Both the position numbers and the translations under genes were made by a program. Shown piece by piece: positions 41,831 through 56,335 of a stretch of 64,000 bases of DNA (within the stretch, counting starts at the first letter, position 1; each line of letters opens with the position of its first letter). Source of the stretch: the human T2T-CHM13v2.0 reference genome, Homo sapiens; NCBI RefSeq assembly GCF_009914755.1, contig NC_060934.1. One strand, written 5' to 3'. Under the pieces are notes generated by a model that searched no databases, was not told the origin of the DNA, and saw only the letters and a list, made by a program, of their open reading frames with translations.

Positions 41831-42699
41831 AAATATACAGAATTATTTATGAATGAAATGATATATAATTCAGTGGGAACCTGGGAGGATAGGGAGGAGG
41901 TGGGGGAGCTGAAGAAACATGAGTGGCCGAATGCTTAACAATTGTTATTGTTAGGTTATGGATACCCGGGGGGTGGTTGTACTATTCTTTCCTTTTGTGT
42001 ATGTTTGAAATTTTCCATTATAAAAAGGACAAAAAAAAAAAGAGAGAGAAAACTAAAAAAGAAAAAATAGTGTTGCGCTTGTTAGTAAAACCAATCTTAA
42101 GGCCAGTTACTAAAAAGTAAACTCCTACAATTTTGAATAGCTATTTGCTAATACAGTGATTTGCTGCCTTCTTGGGGTTAGTTTAGCCTGTCCATTCCTT
42201 ATTTAACTTGCTCCCTTCCTTCCCTTTTAATAAAGTCCTGCCTAAGCTCCAGGCTCTATTTTCCACCTCTCCCCTAAGATTTAGGATTGTTCCGTTTTAA
42301 GTCAGTGGCCATATGTCTTCCTGTTCTCCTAGTGTAACTCTTACCTTACCCAGCAGCAGGCCCTCTGTTTAGGGCAGCCTATAATATTGCTTTTATGATT
42401 AATCTTCCCTTATCCACAAACTTAACTGTGGAGAAACAGGAGAAAGTGTGTGCCTAGAAGCTGGATTCAGGGACCCATGGTTACCCACTTCTACTTATGA
42501 TTCCGTCATTACTGTTGTTTTAGGAAAATAAACAGATCTTGATTCTTTCATAAAAGTCGATTCTTCAACAAGCAAATGGGAAAATCGGCAGGCCCAGATA
42601 TGTGTGTATAGCAGCTACTGGTTGGAAATTTGGACACAAAAGTCTTTATCTACCCAGCCTGTGAGCCACAAATCTGGACTGAGTATAAAAAAGAATAAA

Positions 42700-42960
42700 A
42701 CTAAATACCACATGTTCTCACTTATAAGTGGGAACTAAACATTGAGTATGCATGTACATATAGATGGGAACAATAGACACTGGGGAACATGAGAAGGGAG
42801 GGAGAGAAAAAAGGGTTGAAAAACTACCAATTGTGTGCTATGCTCACTACCTGGATGATGGATTTGTTTGTACTCCAGCCTTAACATTCCACAATGTATC
42901 TTTTTAACAAACTTGCACTTTACCCCCAAATGTAAAATAAAAGTTGAAAAAAATATAAAA
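42700..42960 (+). mobile_element. L1PB/MA 3' end
   Basis: aaataccacatgttctcacttataagtgggaactaaac...aaataaaagttgaaaaaa. Confidence 0.8.
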
Positions 42961-43761
42961 GAATAAAAGGTGGTTGGCTCTGTCATACAAAGATACTGAG
43001 GCTTATCTTAAAAATAGGCTCTGACCCCTCAGGATAAAAATCAGGCTTCTCCGTGCAGGTTTAGTTGACATGATTAGATGACTCTCCCAGAGTTGTGCCT
43101 TAGTGGTTGTCATATACATTGTTATAGACATCCTTGAAAAAACAAGACAAGACAGGAAAACTGAAGCTTTGAAATCCTTCCTGTATTTTCTAAACATCTG
43201 TCATTGGATTGCTTGCATTCCTCCAACTGATAGATTCCAGAAACTCACATAGTTGCAAATAAGAACATGAGTAGTAAATATCCCCCCAAATTATTTCAGA
43301 ACTCAGCCATTATAAATTGATTTTATATTCATATAGTTATCTTTTTATTGATCTGTAATCCAAATTTAGCAAAGAATTAAAGATGAATCATAAATGAACA
43401 CTTGAAAAAAGGTTCAATGTTGGCATTTTATAAAAATAGGTTAATAATTTCTTATTCCTTATCAAAAAACTGGATAAATAGAAATTTTAATCTTCATAAA
43501 AATGTAAATTCCAATGCAGATCAAGTGTTTGGTTGTTTGGTTTGTTGAAAGCTTGACTTTGTTTGCTTCATTTAGACAGACTATAAGATGCAAAACTTTA
43601 GCCCTAGAAACAAAATTAGGCATTAGAATCACGAGAATGGGATTTTGAAATGCCCCTGTGAGTTTACAGATGTTTCTAAAGTTCTGTGTTTAATATTTTG
43701 AATAAAATATGTGGCCATGCTCAGGATCTAGGAAGTTAGCAGTAGCCTCTTTCTTTTTCAG

Positions 43762-43823
43762 ATACTGTGTTGACCAGTGGTCATGCCACTGCCTGTTGAT
43801 TTGTTGAAAATATTGTTTACACG
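43762..43823 (+). pseudogene. ATP8A2-derived exon, 62 nt, in-frame TGA
   Basis: tttttcag|AT ... ACG|gtaagt. Reads [19 protein letters not shown], versus [20 protein letters not shown]. TGA at 43797-43799. Confidence 0.88.
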
Positions 43824-44380
43824 GTAAGTTTATCTCTGTTTACTGAGTCATTCTTAAGCAGCTCATGTGTGGCTTGTACTTCTCTAAACCCTTTATATAA
43901 GACCTTCCTTGTTATCATTCCTTATTTTAAATCTTCAAAATGTATTTGATAGATCCTTTAAAGGCCTGAATGGTTATGAAGTGCTTACATTATTGTTTTT
44001 GAAGGTTATACAAAGTCAGAGTTTCTTGACAGGTGATTAGCAGATTTCCCCATTCTTCAAATGACCATTTCACATCTACCTGCAAAGGAGAACAACACTC
44101 AGAAAGATGGTGTCTCCCAAATCATCCAAGCTAACAGAAAGTCTTTCTCTACTATTTATGAGAAGGTCCATCACTAGATTGAGAGCTCTTCTGGAAGTGA
44201 ATCTGCCTGTATGTTCCCTAAAAACAACCCCTAGAGAGTTAGCTGCTGAGATGGCTGTATTTTCAAACTTGAGCTGCCTTGGAGAAAGCAGATCTGGAGT
44301 GGAGACATGGGATTTCTCATGGAAAGTGAAAATAACTCACTCAGAATAATGTTTTTTCAAACTCTTCTGTCTTTCCACAG

Positions 44381-44437
44381 TATGTTCTTGTTACTGATTG
44401 TCAGAAAGCTGGTTTTGAGACTGCAGCTTGGACTAAA
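44381..44437 (+). pseudogene. ATP8A2-derived exon, 57 nt
   Basis: tttccacag|TAT ... AAA|gtaagt. Reads YVLVTDCQKAGFETAAWTK, versus YVVVTVCLKAGLETTAWTK. Confidence 0.88.
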
Positions 44438-45154
44438 GTAAGTTTTGTCTAGAATTGTTTCTCTATTCAGTATAGACATTTTCATGCTATGATTTATTTC
44501 TAAGCCTAGGGGAAACAATAAACAACATCTGGCTATCTTATTTCAAATTTGTTATGTAAAAATTGTGGATTGATCTTTATTGGAGCAAATTTGCAATCCA
44601 AATTCTCTTGGTGATTTATTTGCTTGGCACCTAATACACCTCTAAGCTAACAACAGTCATCTCATTTCAAATGTAAAGCCTCATTGTAAAAACAAAAAGC
44701 ATATACATACACAAATATATAGAAAATAAAGACTAAAAAAATTTAATTTCCATAATTTTATCATCAAGAGACAGCCACTACTAATGCTTTGCTGGGGATC
44801 CTTCCAGACATTGTTCTATGTCTGTGTGTGTGTGTATTTTTAAATAAGATGATGCAGAACACAAGGCTTTGTTATTAAAAAAAATTAGACACAATTTCTA
44901 TGCCTTAAAATCTAATTCAACAAAATTATTGTTTATGATTAAAGATTAAGTTTTATAGATGTTCCATCATTTATTTCAGCAGTCTCTTATTTTAGACATT
45001 TTCGTTATTTTCAGCATTTAAAGATTATATCTAAATCTTTATGTTTGTTTCTCATGAAGTGTCATGACCTGCCTGATATTTAAATGCTCTGCTAAAAAAA
45101 AAAAAAAATGAGTATGAGGTGGTAAGTCAATGTGGAATAGGTAATCTCCTAAGA

Positions 45155-45704
45155 TAGCAGTCCCCAACTTTTTTGGCACCAGAGACTGGTTTCATGGAAG
45201 ACAGTTATTCTATGGACAAGGGGACTTCCATGAGTCTCCTAGGAGCTGGTTTCAGGATGATTCAAGAACATTACGTTTATTATGCACTTTATTTCTCTTA
45301 TATATTACATTGTAATGTATAAGAAAATAATTATACAACTCACCATAATACAGAATCAGTGGGAGTCCTGAGCTTGTTTTCCTGCAACTAGATAGCCCCA
45401 TCTAGGGGTGATGGGAGACAGTGAGAGATCATCAGGCATTAAATTTTCAGAAGGAACACGCAACCTAGGTCCTTCGCATGCGCAGTTCTCAATAGGGTTC
45501 GTGCTCCTATGAGAATCTAATGCCACTGCTGATCTGACAGGAGGCAGAGCTTCAGGTGGGAATGCCAGTGATAGGGAATGGCTGTAAATACAGAGGTAGC
45601 TTTGCTTGCTCACCTGTTGCGCACCTCCTGCTGTGCAGCCTGGTTCCTAACAGGCCATGGTCTGGTACCAGTCCATGGCCTGTGTCGTGGGTTGGGGCCC
45701 ACTG
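45155..45704. mobile_element. MER1A hAT-Charlie MITE
   Basis: TIRs tagcagtccccaac and gttggggcccactg; 8-bp TSD tcctaaga/ccctaaga. Confidence 0.85.
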
Positions 45705-46427
45705 CCCTAAGAGACAGTGGCAATTAATCCAGGTTAAATGTGATGATGTCTTAATTAGCCTGGGATGTTAGAGGAGGAGGCAGTGAGAAGTGGTCAGAGC
45801 CTGGATTTATTTTATCTTTTTAAAAGCTAACAGAACTTGCATATGGATTAGATTGTGAGTTGTGGAAGAAAGAAAGAAGTCAAGGATCATCATATTAAGA
45901 GGACAAAGGAGGAAAAATGAACAACTCAGTAGATGCTTAAAGAAACATTGTTAAGAGGCAATATCCATTTCAGATTTTTTTTAAAAACAGTTTTTGCAAA
46001 TTGAACAGAACAATTGAAGTCCCAAAATGATCAATAAAAACATATTATTGATTTTGTCCATTCAGCCACTCTCTCACCAGATTAATGAATCCTTGTTGTA
46101 TACAGCCTTAGGTTGGAGCAAACCCTTGCCATGAACTGAGAGGGGCCTGCTGTCACTATGGGATAAATCTTAGAGAAAGGCCAGCCATGACAGCAAAAGT
46201 GTGTTCATCTTCAGAGTACTTTGGGGACACTCATTACTTGAAGTCATTGTTAAAAATTCTGAGACAAGGAAATTAGGAAGATTGACCTCCCCAGTAAGCT
46301 ATGAGTCATGAGAATCTTTCCATAAGAAGAGGTAGCTAGGATGCAGGGATTCTGTAGTGGGTGGAGTTCGGGTGAATCTGCCATGCCAGCCAAGAAGCCC
46401 TGTCTGAGTGACTGTTTTCCTCTGCAG

Positions 46428-46535
46428 TTCAGTCATCTGGCTGTCTGGGGAAGCATGCTGACCAGTCTGGTGTTCTTTGGCATCTACTCAGCCATCTGGT
46501 CCACCATTCTCATTGCCCCAAATATGAGAGGACAG
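46428..46535 (+). pseudogene. ATP8A2-derived exon, 108 nt, open
   Basis: cctctgcag|TTC ... CAG|gtaagt. Reads [36 protein letters not shown], versus [36 protein letters not shown]. Confidence 0.9.
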
Positions 46536-48519
46536 GTAAGTATGCCAGATTGGAAGTTTGCCTTCTGTGTCTTGTGATAACAATGTTTCTCCATGTGTAG
46601 GCAAGCAGGCTCTCTGTGTTTTACAACTGTATTGAGGTTTGATAGACGCTGGTGCTACCTCTTTCTGTCAGGATCTATCAGGAGGTAAACCAAATTAAAG
46701 CACCTGGAAGATGTCATCCAATCCACAGAAATGGCATTTCAAATTTAAAGTATTATAAAAAGTCAACCTAAATCCCCTTACTTACCTGGCATGTCCACAT
46801 TTTCATAATAAATTATGTGTTAATTGCACATAGTACTGATATGTGCAGTTTATGGCCCTTTGGAAACTGGAGCTATTTTGAGTTGCTCATAATCCAGTGA
46901 TTATACTGGTTACAGTTTTGATGTTGTACTCTGATTAGTAGTTATCCTCTGCTGAGTCATCTGTGGAAGTTAAATCTAACAGCTCTATGAACCAGCATCT
47001 CTCATTGTTCCGTCTCTTTGAACTAGAAAGACTGAGATTAAAGGTCTTTATACTCACTTGAATATCTTTTTATTTTTTTCTTTTATATTACCTTTTTCTA
47101 GTGCATGAGATTCAGCCATCAACCGTGATGAACTGGATCATGGAATCTAACAATATCAAGTTTGGATAGAAAGGAGCTTGGCAATCTTGTGGTCCATGCC
47201 TCCTCAATTTACCAAGGAAGCTGTGCAAGCTCAGGTCTCCAGGTTCATCCCAGAGACCCCACCCTGGGGTTGCCCGCAGCATTCCTGTCCTTAGACCCCA
47301 AAAACAGGCTGCTGGGCCCTGTATTTAGGGACCTCTGCACTGGCTCTTCTTCTCTGGGTGTATTTCTCTGCACAGAGTGAAAAGCTGTGATGCACACAGC
47401 CAGTCTTCCCACTTCTAATCTGTTCTCTGGGCTCCCAGGAACCCAAGCCTCTTTCTCAAACAGCCAAATGCCCACTGCCCAGGCCTGCCTGGGCCTCCTT
47501 CCAGATCAAGGCCAGTTTGCACAACCTTAGGCCCAAGGGACAGTTGTTTGCAAGGGGTGTGCACTGAGTAGATTGATGTTTGCACTGGTGTTTCCACCGA
47601 CGTTTAAAGGAGGATGTTCATGCTGGGGCACAGAACCCAGGTGGAAAGGGAAGAACTGTGGGTCAGACTTTAATTGGTGTTTCCCACCCAGGAATACATA
47701 TTTTAGGGGCAGGTCTGGGCATGGCACAGCTGTCTGCTATCTCTGCCTCACTTACTCTGCGGAAGTAAACAAACCCCCCTGGGTTAACCCAAGTCTAGAC
47801 TGTGTCCAGCAGCTGTTTCTTGTGAGGTAGCCCTGAGTAGTGTTGCTTGTCTTTTGACCTGGTGGCTCAATTGGCTAATATCCCAAGGTGCAGAGGACCC
47901 CCACTGAGGATGCTGAGTGGGATGGACCTGTCCTGCAGGAGCGGGCGTGCTTGCCCTCTAATGCATTTTTGCTTTTTGTAAGAAAAGAGGACAAATGTCT
48001 AATGTGCTTTTCAGTTCTTTTCCAAATTCAGACAATAGAGGAAATTAGAGGGGATTCAATAAACCCAGAATATTGTTGTGTAGCAAAATGAGCATTTCCA
48101 ACAAAGAAACTTTGTGTGTTTAAAGAAAGCAATTCTATTTTAAAGCAGCATGATTGAGCCCCACAAAACAAAGTGTCAGCTACAAGACAACAATCTTTTG
48201 GTAAGGTATTGGGGCTTACGATATCTGTTTTGTGCCCTCTTCCTTCTGGTTCAGAGTTGATCTGCTATGATAAATATTTTATTTGGGGAGTTTTTTGGTA
48301 CTGGACAATAAACAGGGCCACAGCTGATTGCCAGAGACAATTTTCTAAATTAGAGGACAATGACAGCTGACAGGATGGGTCACTTGGTTTGTGACTGGCA
48401 AACTAAGCCCATTTGTCTAGGTTCCTAGGTTGGTGAATGCTCAGAAGTGAAGGGTATTCTAGGAAAAAACTGCTTTTTATAGGCCCGGCACGCTTCCGCT
48501 GCACAACTCTGCTATCGAA

Positions 48520-49625
<1,106 letters not shown>

Positions 49626-50669
49626 CATAACATCTTTAACTTTCAAAAAGATGCACTGTTTCTGCTGGGGGTTTCTTTTACTAATTTGATTAGAGAATTC
49701 TTTGTTTTGTCCATGATATTTGGAGTTTTTCTCGTGGGGGAGAATGCAGGTTTTCTCTTGATGGTAATAATTCTACAGTAGAATTAGAATTCTTCTTCAC
49801 TATCAAAGAGTCTTTATCTTCTGTAAAGAATCTCATGATATGGTATGTGAAACCCAACCAGCCAACACATTAGGAAGTTCCAGTTGAAGTTTCTGAAATC
49901 AAAGAAGCCACCTGCGTCCTTCCTCTCTTGAAAATATGCCACATTTGTGGGATCTTAAAAGGAGACCTGTTTTTCCATTTGTCTCTTCTCAAGCTTAGAT
50001 CTATAGTAAGTTAAAAACTCAGATTGTATCTATCATGGTTAATGCCAGCCAAACCCTCAGCTATGGAAAATATGTGATAATGTTTTTTCTGTAGGGGATT
50101 ACAGAAAGTGTTTTTTCCCCCAGTAACATATCTGTGAGATTTAAGTTTCCCCATAATGGGTCCCCAAGGCAAATACTTAAAAGTAGAATATAACTAAGTT
50201 CTTTTTAGTTCGCTGCCTCCCCCAAAGTTGCCTACTGATAGAGAATTGGAGAGATGAGGAAATCGTGATCCAAAATTAGATTAGGAAATGTGTTTATATT
50301 TTCTGCATGCTTTTCCCAATGCTTTTGACTTTAGTAGTGGTAGAGGGAATGCCATATTACTTGACCTCTGTACAAAAGTCAGGAGACCTGGCAGGGTTTA
50401 TGCCCCAGGCAGTTATATAACATTTGGCAAATCCCTTTACCTGCATTAATCGCCTAATCAGCAAAGTCAGAATAATACCACTCACCCTAATTACCTGATA
50501 GGATTCTGGAAAATATGTAACAACCTGTGGAAAATCTAAAACATGCATGCTCTTCTTTTTCCTGGAGTGATGAATTATTTTTAAACCTTCATGAATAGAA
50601 ATATTGCTGTGATTTAAACTCCAAATTCTTTTGGCCACATAGTTTTAACATTTTGTAGGTTCTAAATTG

Positions 50670-50952
<283 letters not shown>

Positions 50953-53449
50953 CTCCAAAACACCTAAAATATGACTTCATTAGAATGTTTTAGCTGTCAT
51001 AGGGTGTTACAGGAGAACATGATACATTGAAGATACTCACAGCTGAGAATGTCAGTGGAGGAGGAGAGATTAAGTGTAGGAATCTGCCTAGGGCCAGGAG
51101 AGGACTTGTTTTCAGGTTAAGGTCTGTGGTGTGGAACCGTGTTTGCTTGTCTCAGCATCCATTCTTCTTCACCCTTTCCTAATTGTTCCCATATGTGCTG
51201 TGACTTTCCCCCTTACTCCTGGGGAAAACTTAATCCCATCCCTTCTGTAGTGATTGGTTCATGAAGCCGAGAGACATGGGGACACACTTGTCAGGGGCTT
51301 CTGGGATAGCAGCAAGTGTGCTCCTAAAAGAATCCGTCAAAGAGACAGCTTTCTCATCTGAATGCTGTGGTTGCTGCTGTGACACTGGGAATGGTTCAGC
51401 TAAAGGAGGAAAACCACCCTCAATACCACCCTACTGCTGGCATGAAAGATAGACTAGAAAGACAGAAAGGCAAACAAAACCAAAAGTCTCTTTTTTATTG
51501 CTTTATTTGACAAGTAAATAAAACCCAAAAGTCTCTGCGTGATTGTTGAGACCCTGTATAAAGCCAGCTTCAAAGCCCAACCCAAATGGGGCACTCGGAG
51601 AGTCTCCTGTGTGTGGCTTGGCATTGTGGTCAGCTCTTGCCAAGGAAGCTTCTCTCCACCTAAGTGAGGCTGTCAAGTTGTTTGCTTAGCTTCACAAGCA
51701 CGTGGTCAGCCAAGGAAGTAAATGCTTTTTAAGAACAGTCTTTAGTATAGCATGTTTAACTGTTTTACTATGCCTAAAGTTACAGATTGGTTTTACGAAC
51801 CTTGTAAAGAATTATTTAGTGTTGCAATTATTAGTTTTTTTAGGCAGTAACATCCCAGAAAATGTCTAATGGGCATATCTTAAGCTTATTGGAATTAATC
51901 TCAAATACAATGTTGAATAGACTCAGTCCAGTTTTCTTCAAGTATCATATTTCAGAAACCTGAGGCCTGTCTGGTGAGGAGCAGTCAGCCTCATCAAGGA
52001 GGAAGTCCCATCAGCGGAGGCTTGCCTTTCTGTTTGAAATAACATTGTGGCATATTTTTATACAGTTTTCTTGAATATTGAAGTTGGCTGAATTATTTGT
52101 TGTAGTCTGATTTCCATTCTGGCTTTTAAACTTGTATATTTTGTGGAACAGTAAGACTCACTTACAAGAAGTAACATGCTGTGTTTCTGGATGATATTCT
52201 TATCTGAGTACAAAGCACGATGAGATGAGCAAAGTTAACATGGCACAGACTTCCTGGTTTCTCCCATACCTGTGACTCTTGTTGCCTGCAACCTGGGGTC
52301 TCCCATTCATGTATATTTCTCTCCTTGAAGGCTCCTGACATCAATCCCTGTCTGAGGCAATTTCTAGAATAAAAGAAAATTAAAACTATAACAAAAAGCC
52401 CTCTTCACTGATAATAAAAAAAGTCAGAAACATTGACTTGACCAGTGCTAGCAAGGTGCGTTCTCACAGTCTATAAATATTTGGGATCTAGAATCAGAAA
52501 ACTCAGGCATCCATCAGACAACAATTCTGTCACAGAATTGCTTTGTCATTGTTACATGTAGTACCAACTTGTTTTGAGTTTTCTTTTCCTAATTAACAAA
52601 TGAAAAAGAAAGTAGATTTTCTTAAGTTGAAAGCTCTTTAAAGTGATTTCAGATTCTTTCGATAGGCAGTGATGGGCACAGCATCTTCCTTTATCAAAAT
52701 TGCCTCTGGATTCTCTCGAATCCTTCCAAATTAAAGTGACCCGAATCTAATTTCTTTCCTATTCAGTTAAAATTATAACTGTGAAAGTAGGATTTGAGCT
52801 AAATTACCTAATGCCTAAATCATTTATGACGTTGAGTCTATTGTCCATATTAGCCATACTTGTGTTATTTCTGAGCCTCAGCTTTTCAGGTGTATGAAGG
52901 TGATAATATCCTTGGATTTTATATGGAAATTAAAGAAAATAAGTCATGTAAATGAGACTTTGTTGTTTATTGAACAATTACTATGTGTCAGACAGAATAT
53001 ATTTATGAAAATATGTTTTTACTATATGCAATTACATGCATAATAACTTTAGCATCAGCTCATTCAGTAATCTGCAACCTCAGGAAACAGGCTTAGAGAG
53101 AAAGAGTCAGCTTTTTGGCAAGGCAGGGAATAGAGTAGCTGGAATTTCCCCTGGAGTCAGACTCCAAGCTGTGAGTCTCCTCACTTTGTGACTCTGGATA
53201 ACACCTACAGTGATAATAAACCAGGCATCTGAGAAATGGTTAACACTCCTGAACATTTTGCACTTAATAAATTTTATTTGAAGTGACTTACCCTGCAATG
53301 CAATTTAATTTTTAAAAGATAAATGGAGAGTTAGAAGGAATAAGCAGACTTTGTGCTTGAACTGCAATCTTGTGTCCGTGAGCCCAATCTTCCCTATGGT
53401 AAAGCAGGTTTCAAACAACAGTGTTTATTTTTTATGTACACTATGAAAA

Positions 53450-55895
53450 GTCAAATGGTGTTTCTGGTTCTAGATCCTTGAGGAATCGCCACACTGTCTT
53501 CCACAATGGTTGAACTAATTTACACTCCCACCAACAGTGTAAAAGCATTCCTGTTTCTCCACAGCCTCTCCAGCATCTGTTGTTTCCAGACTTTTTAATG
53601 ATTGCCATTCTAACTGGCATGAGATGGTATCTCATTTTGGTTTTGATTTGCATTTCTCTAATGACCAGTGATGACGAGCTTTTTTTCATATGTTTGTTGG
53701 ATGCATAAACATCTTCTCTTGAGAAGTGTCTGTTCATATCCTTCATCCAGTTTTTGATGGGTTTGTTTGATTTTTTTCTTGTAAATTTGTTTAGGTTCCT
53801 TGTAGATTCTGGATATTAGACCTTTGTCAGATGGGTAGATTGCAACATTTTTCTCTCATTCTGTAGGTTACCTGTTCATTCTGATGATAGTTTCTTTTGC
53901 TGTTCAGAAGCTCTTTAGTTTAATTAAATCCCATTTGTCAATTTTGGCTTTTATTGCAATTGCTTTTGGTGTTTTAGTCATGAAGTCTTTGCCCATGCCT
54001 ATGTCCTGAATGGTATTGCCTAGGTTTTCTTGTAGGGTTTTTATGGTTTTAGGTTTTACATTTAAGTTTTTATTCCATCTTGAGTTAATTTTTTTTAAAT
54101 AAAGTATAAGGAAGGGATCCAGTTTCTGTTTTCTGCATATGGCTAGCCGGTTTTCCCAGCACCATTTATTAAATAGGGAATCCTTTCCCCATTGCTTGTT
54201 TTTGTCAGGTTTGCCAAAGATCAGATGGTTGTAAAGGTGTGATGTTATTTCTAAGGCCTCTGTTGTGTTCCATTGGTCTATACACCTGTTTTGGTCCCAG
54301 TACCATGTTGTTTTGGTTACTGAACCCATGAAGTATAGTTTGAAGTCAGGTAGCTTGATGCCTCTAGGTTTGTTCTTTTTTGCTTAGGATTGTCTTGGCT
54401 ATACGGGCTCTTTTTTGGTTCCATATGAAATTTAAAGTAGGTTTTTCTCTAGTTCTATGAAGAAAGTCAATGGTACCTTGATGGGAATAGCATTGTATCT
54501 ATAAATTACTTTGGACCATATGGCCATTTTCATGATATTGATTCTTCCTCTCCATGAGCATGGAATGTTTTTCCATTTGTTTGTGTCCTCTCTTATTTCC
54601 TTGAGCAGTGGTTTGTGGTTGTCTTTTAAGAGGTCCTTCATGTCCCTTGTAAGTTGTATTCCTAGGTATTTTATTCTCTTTGTAGCAATTGTGAATAGGA
54701 GTTCACAAATGATTTGGATCTCTGCTTGTCTATTTTTGGCATATAGGAATGCTTGTGATTTTTGCACATTTATTTTGTATCCTGAGACTTTGCTGAAATT
54801 GCTTTATCAGCTTAAGGAGTTTTTGGGCTGAGATAGTGGGATTTTCTAAATATACAATCTTGTTGTCTGCAAACAGAGACAATTTCACTTGTTCTCTTCC
54901 TATTTGAATACCTTTATTTCTTTCGGTTGCCTGATTGGTCTGGCCAGATCTTCCAATACTATGTTGAATAGGAGTGGTGAGAGAGGGCAAACTTGTCTTA
55001 TGCCGGTTTTGAAAGGAATGCTTCCAGCTTTTACCCATTCAGTATGATATTGGCTATGTGCTTAACAGAAATAGCTCTTACTACTTTGAGATATGTTCCA
55101 TCAATACCTAGTTTATTGAGAGTTTTTAGCGTGAAGCAGTGTTGAATTTTATTGAAGGCCTTTACTGCATCTATTCAGATAATCATGTGGTTTTTGTCAT
55201 TGGTTCTTTTTATGTAATGGATTATGTTTATTGATTTGTGTATGTTGAACCAGTCTTGCATCTCAGGGATGAAGCCAACTTGATCGTGGTGGATAAGCTT
55301 TTTGATGTACTGCTGGATTCATTTTGCCAGTATTTAATTGAGGATTTTCATCTCAATGTTCATCAGGGATATTGGCCTGAAATTTTCTTTTTTTATTGTG
55401 TCTCTGCCAGGTTTTGGAATGAGAATGATTCTGGCCTCATGAAATGAGTTAGGGAGGTGTCCCTCTTTTTCTGTTGTTTGGAATAGTTTCAAAAGGAATG
55501 GTACCAGATCCTCTTTGTACCTCTGGTAGAAGCCAGCTGTGAATCCATCTGCTCCTGGACTTTTTTTGGTTGGTAGGCTATTAATTACTGCCTCAATTTC
55601 AGAAATTGTTATTGGTCTATTCAGGGATTTGACTTCTTCCTTGTTTAGTCTTGGGAGGGTGTATGTGTCCAGGAATTTATCCATTTCTTCTAGATTTCCT
55701 AGTTTATTAGCATAGACATGTTTATAGTATTTTTTGATGGTAGTTTGTATTTCTGTGAAATCAGTGGTGATATCCCCTTTATCATTTTTTATTGTGTCTA
55801 TTTGATTCTCCTGTCTTTTTTTCTTTATGAGTCTGGCTAGTGGTCTATTTTGTTAATCTTTTCATAAAAACGGCTCCTGGAGTCATTGATTTTTT
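53450..55895 (-). mobile_element. L1PA ORF2 fragment (disrupted RT and C-terminal region)
   Basis: ORFs 53441-53746, 53904-54329, 54432-54767 and 55334-55684 encode L1 ORF2p peptides. Confidence 0.95.
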
Positions 55896-56335
55896 GTTAA
55901 TCCAGTCTATCATTGATGGACATTTGGGTTGGTTCCAAGTCTTTGCTATTGTGAATAGTGCCGCAATAAACATGCGTGTGCATGTGTCTTTATAGCAGCA
56001 TGTTTTATAATCCTTTGGGTATATACCCAGTAATGGGATTGCTGGGTCAAATGGTATTTCTAGTTATAGGTCCTTGAGGAATTGCCACACTGTCTTCCAC
56101 AATGGTTGAACTAGTTTACAGTCCCACCTACAGTGTAAAAGTGTTCCTTATTCTCCACATCGTCTCCAGCACCTGTTGTTTCCTGACTTTTTAATGATTG
56201 CCATTCTAACTGGTGTGAGAGGGTATCTCATTGTGGTTTTGATTTGCATTTCTCTGATGGCCAGTGATGATGAGCATTTTTTCATGTGTCTTTTGGCTGC
56301 ATAAATGTCTTCTTTTGAGAAGTGTCTATTCATAT
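55896..56335 (-). mobile_element. Second L1PA ORF2 3' fragment, interrupted by the HERV9 provirus
   Basis: ORF 56148-56333 [21 protein letters not shown]; repeats the region seen at 53450-53740. Confidence 0.9.
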
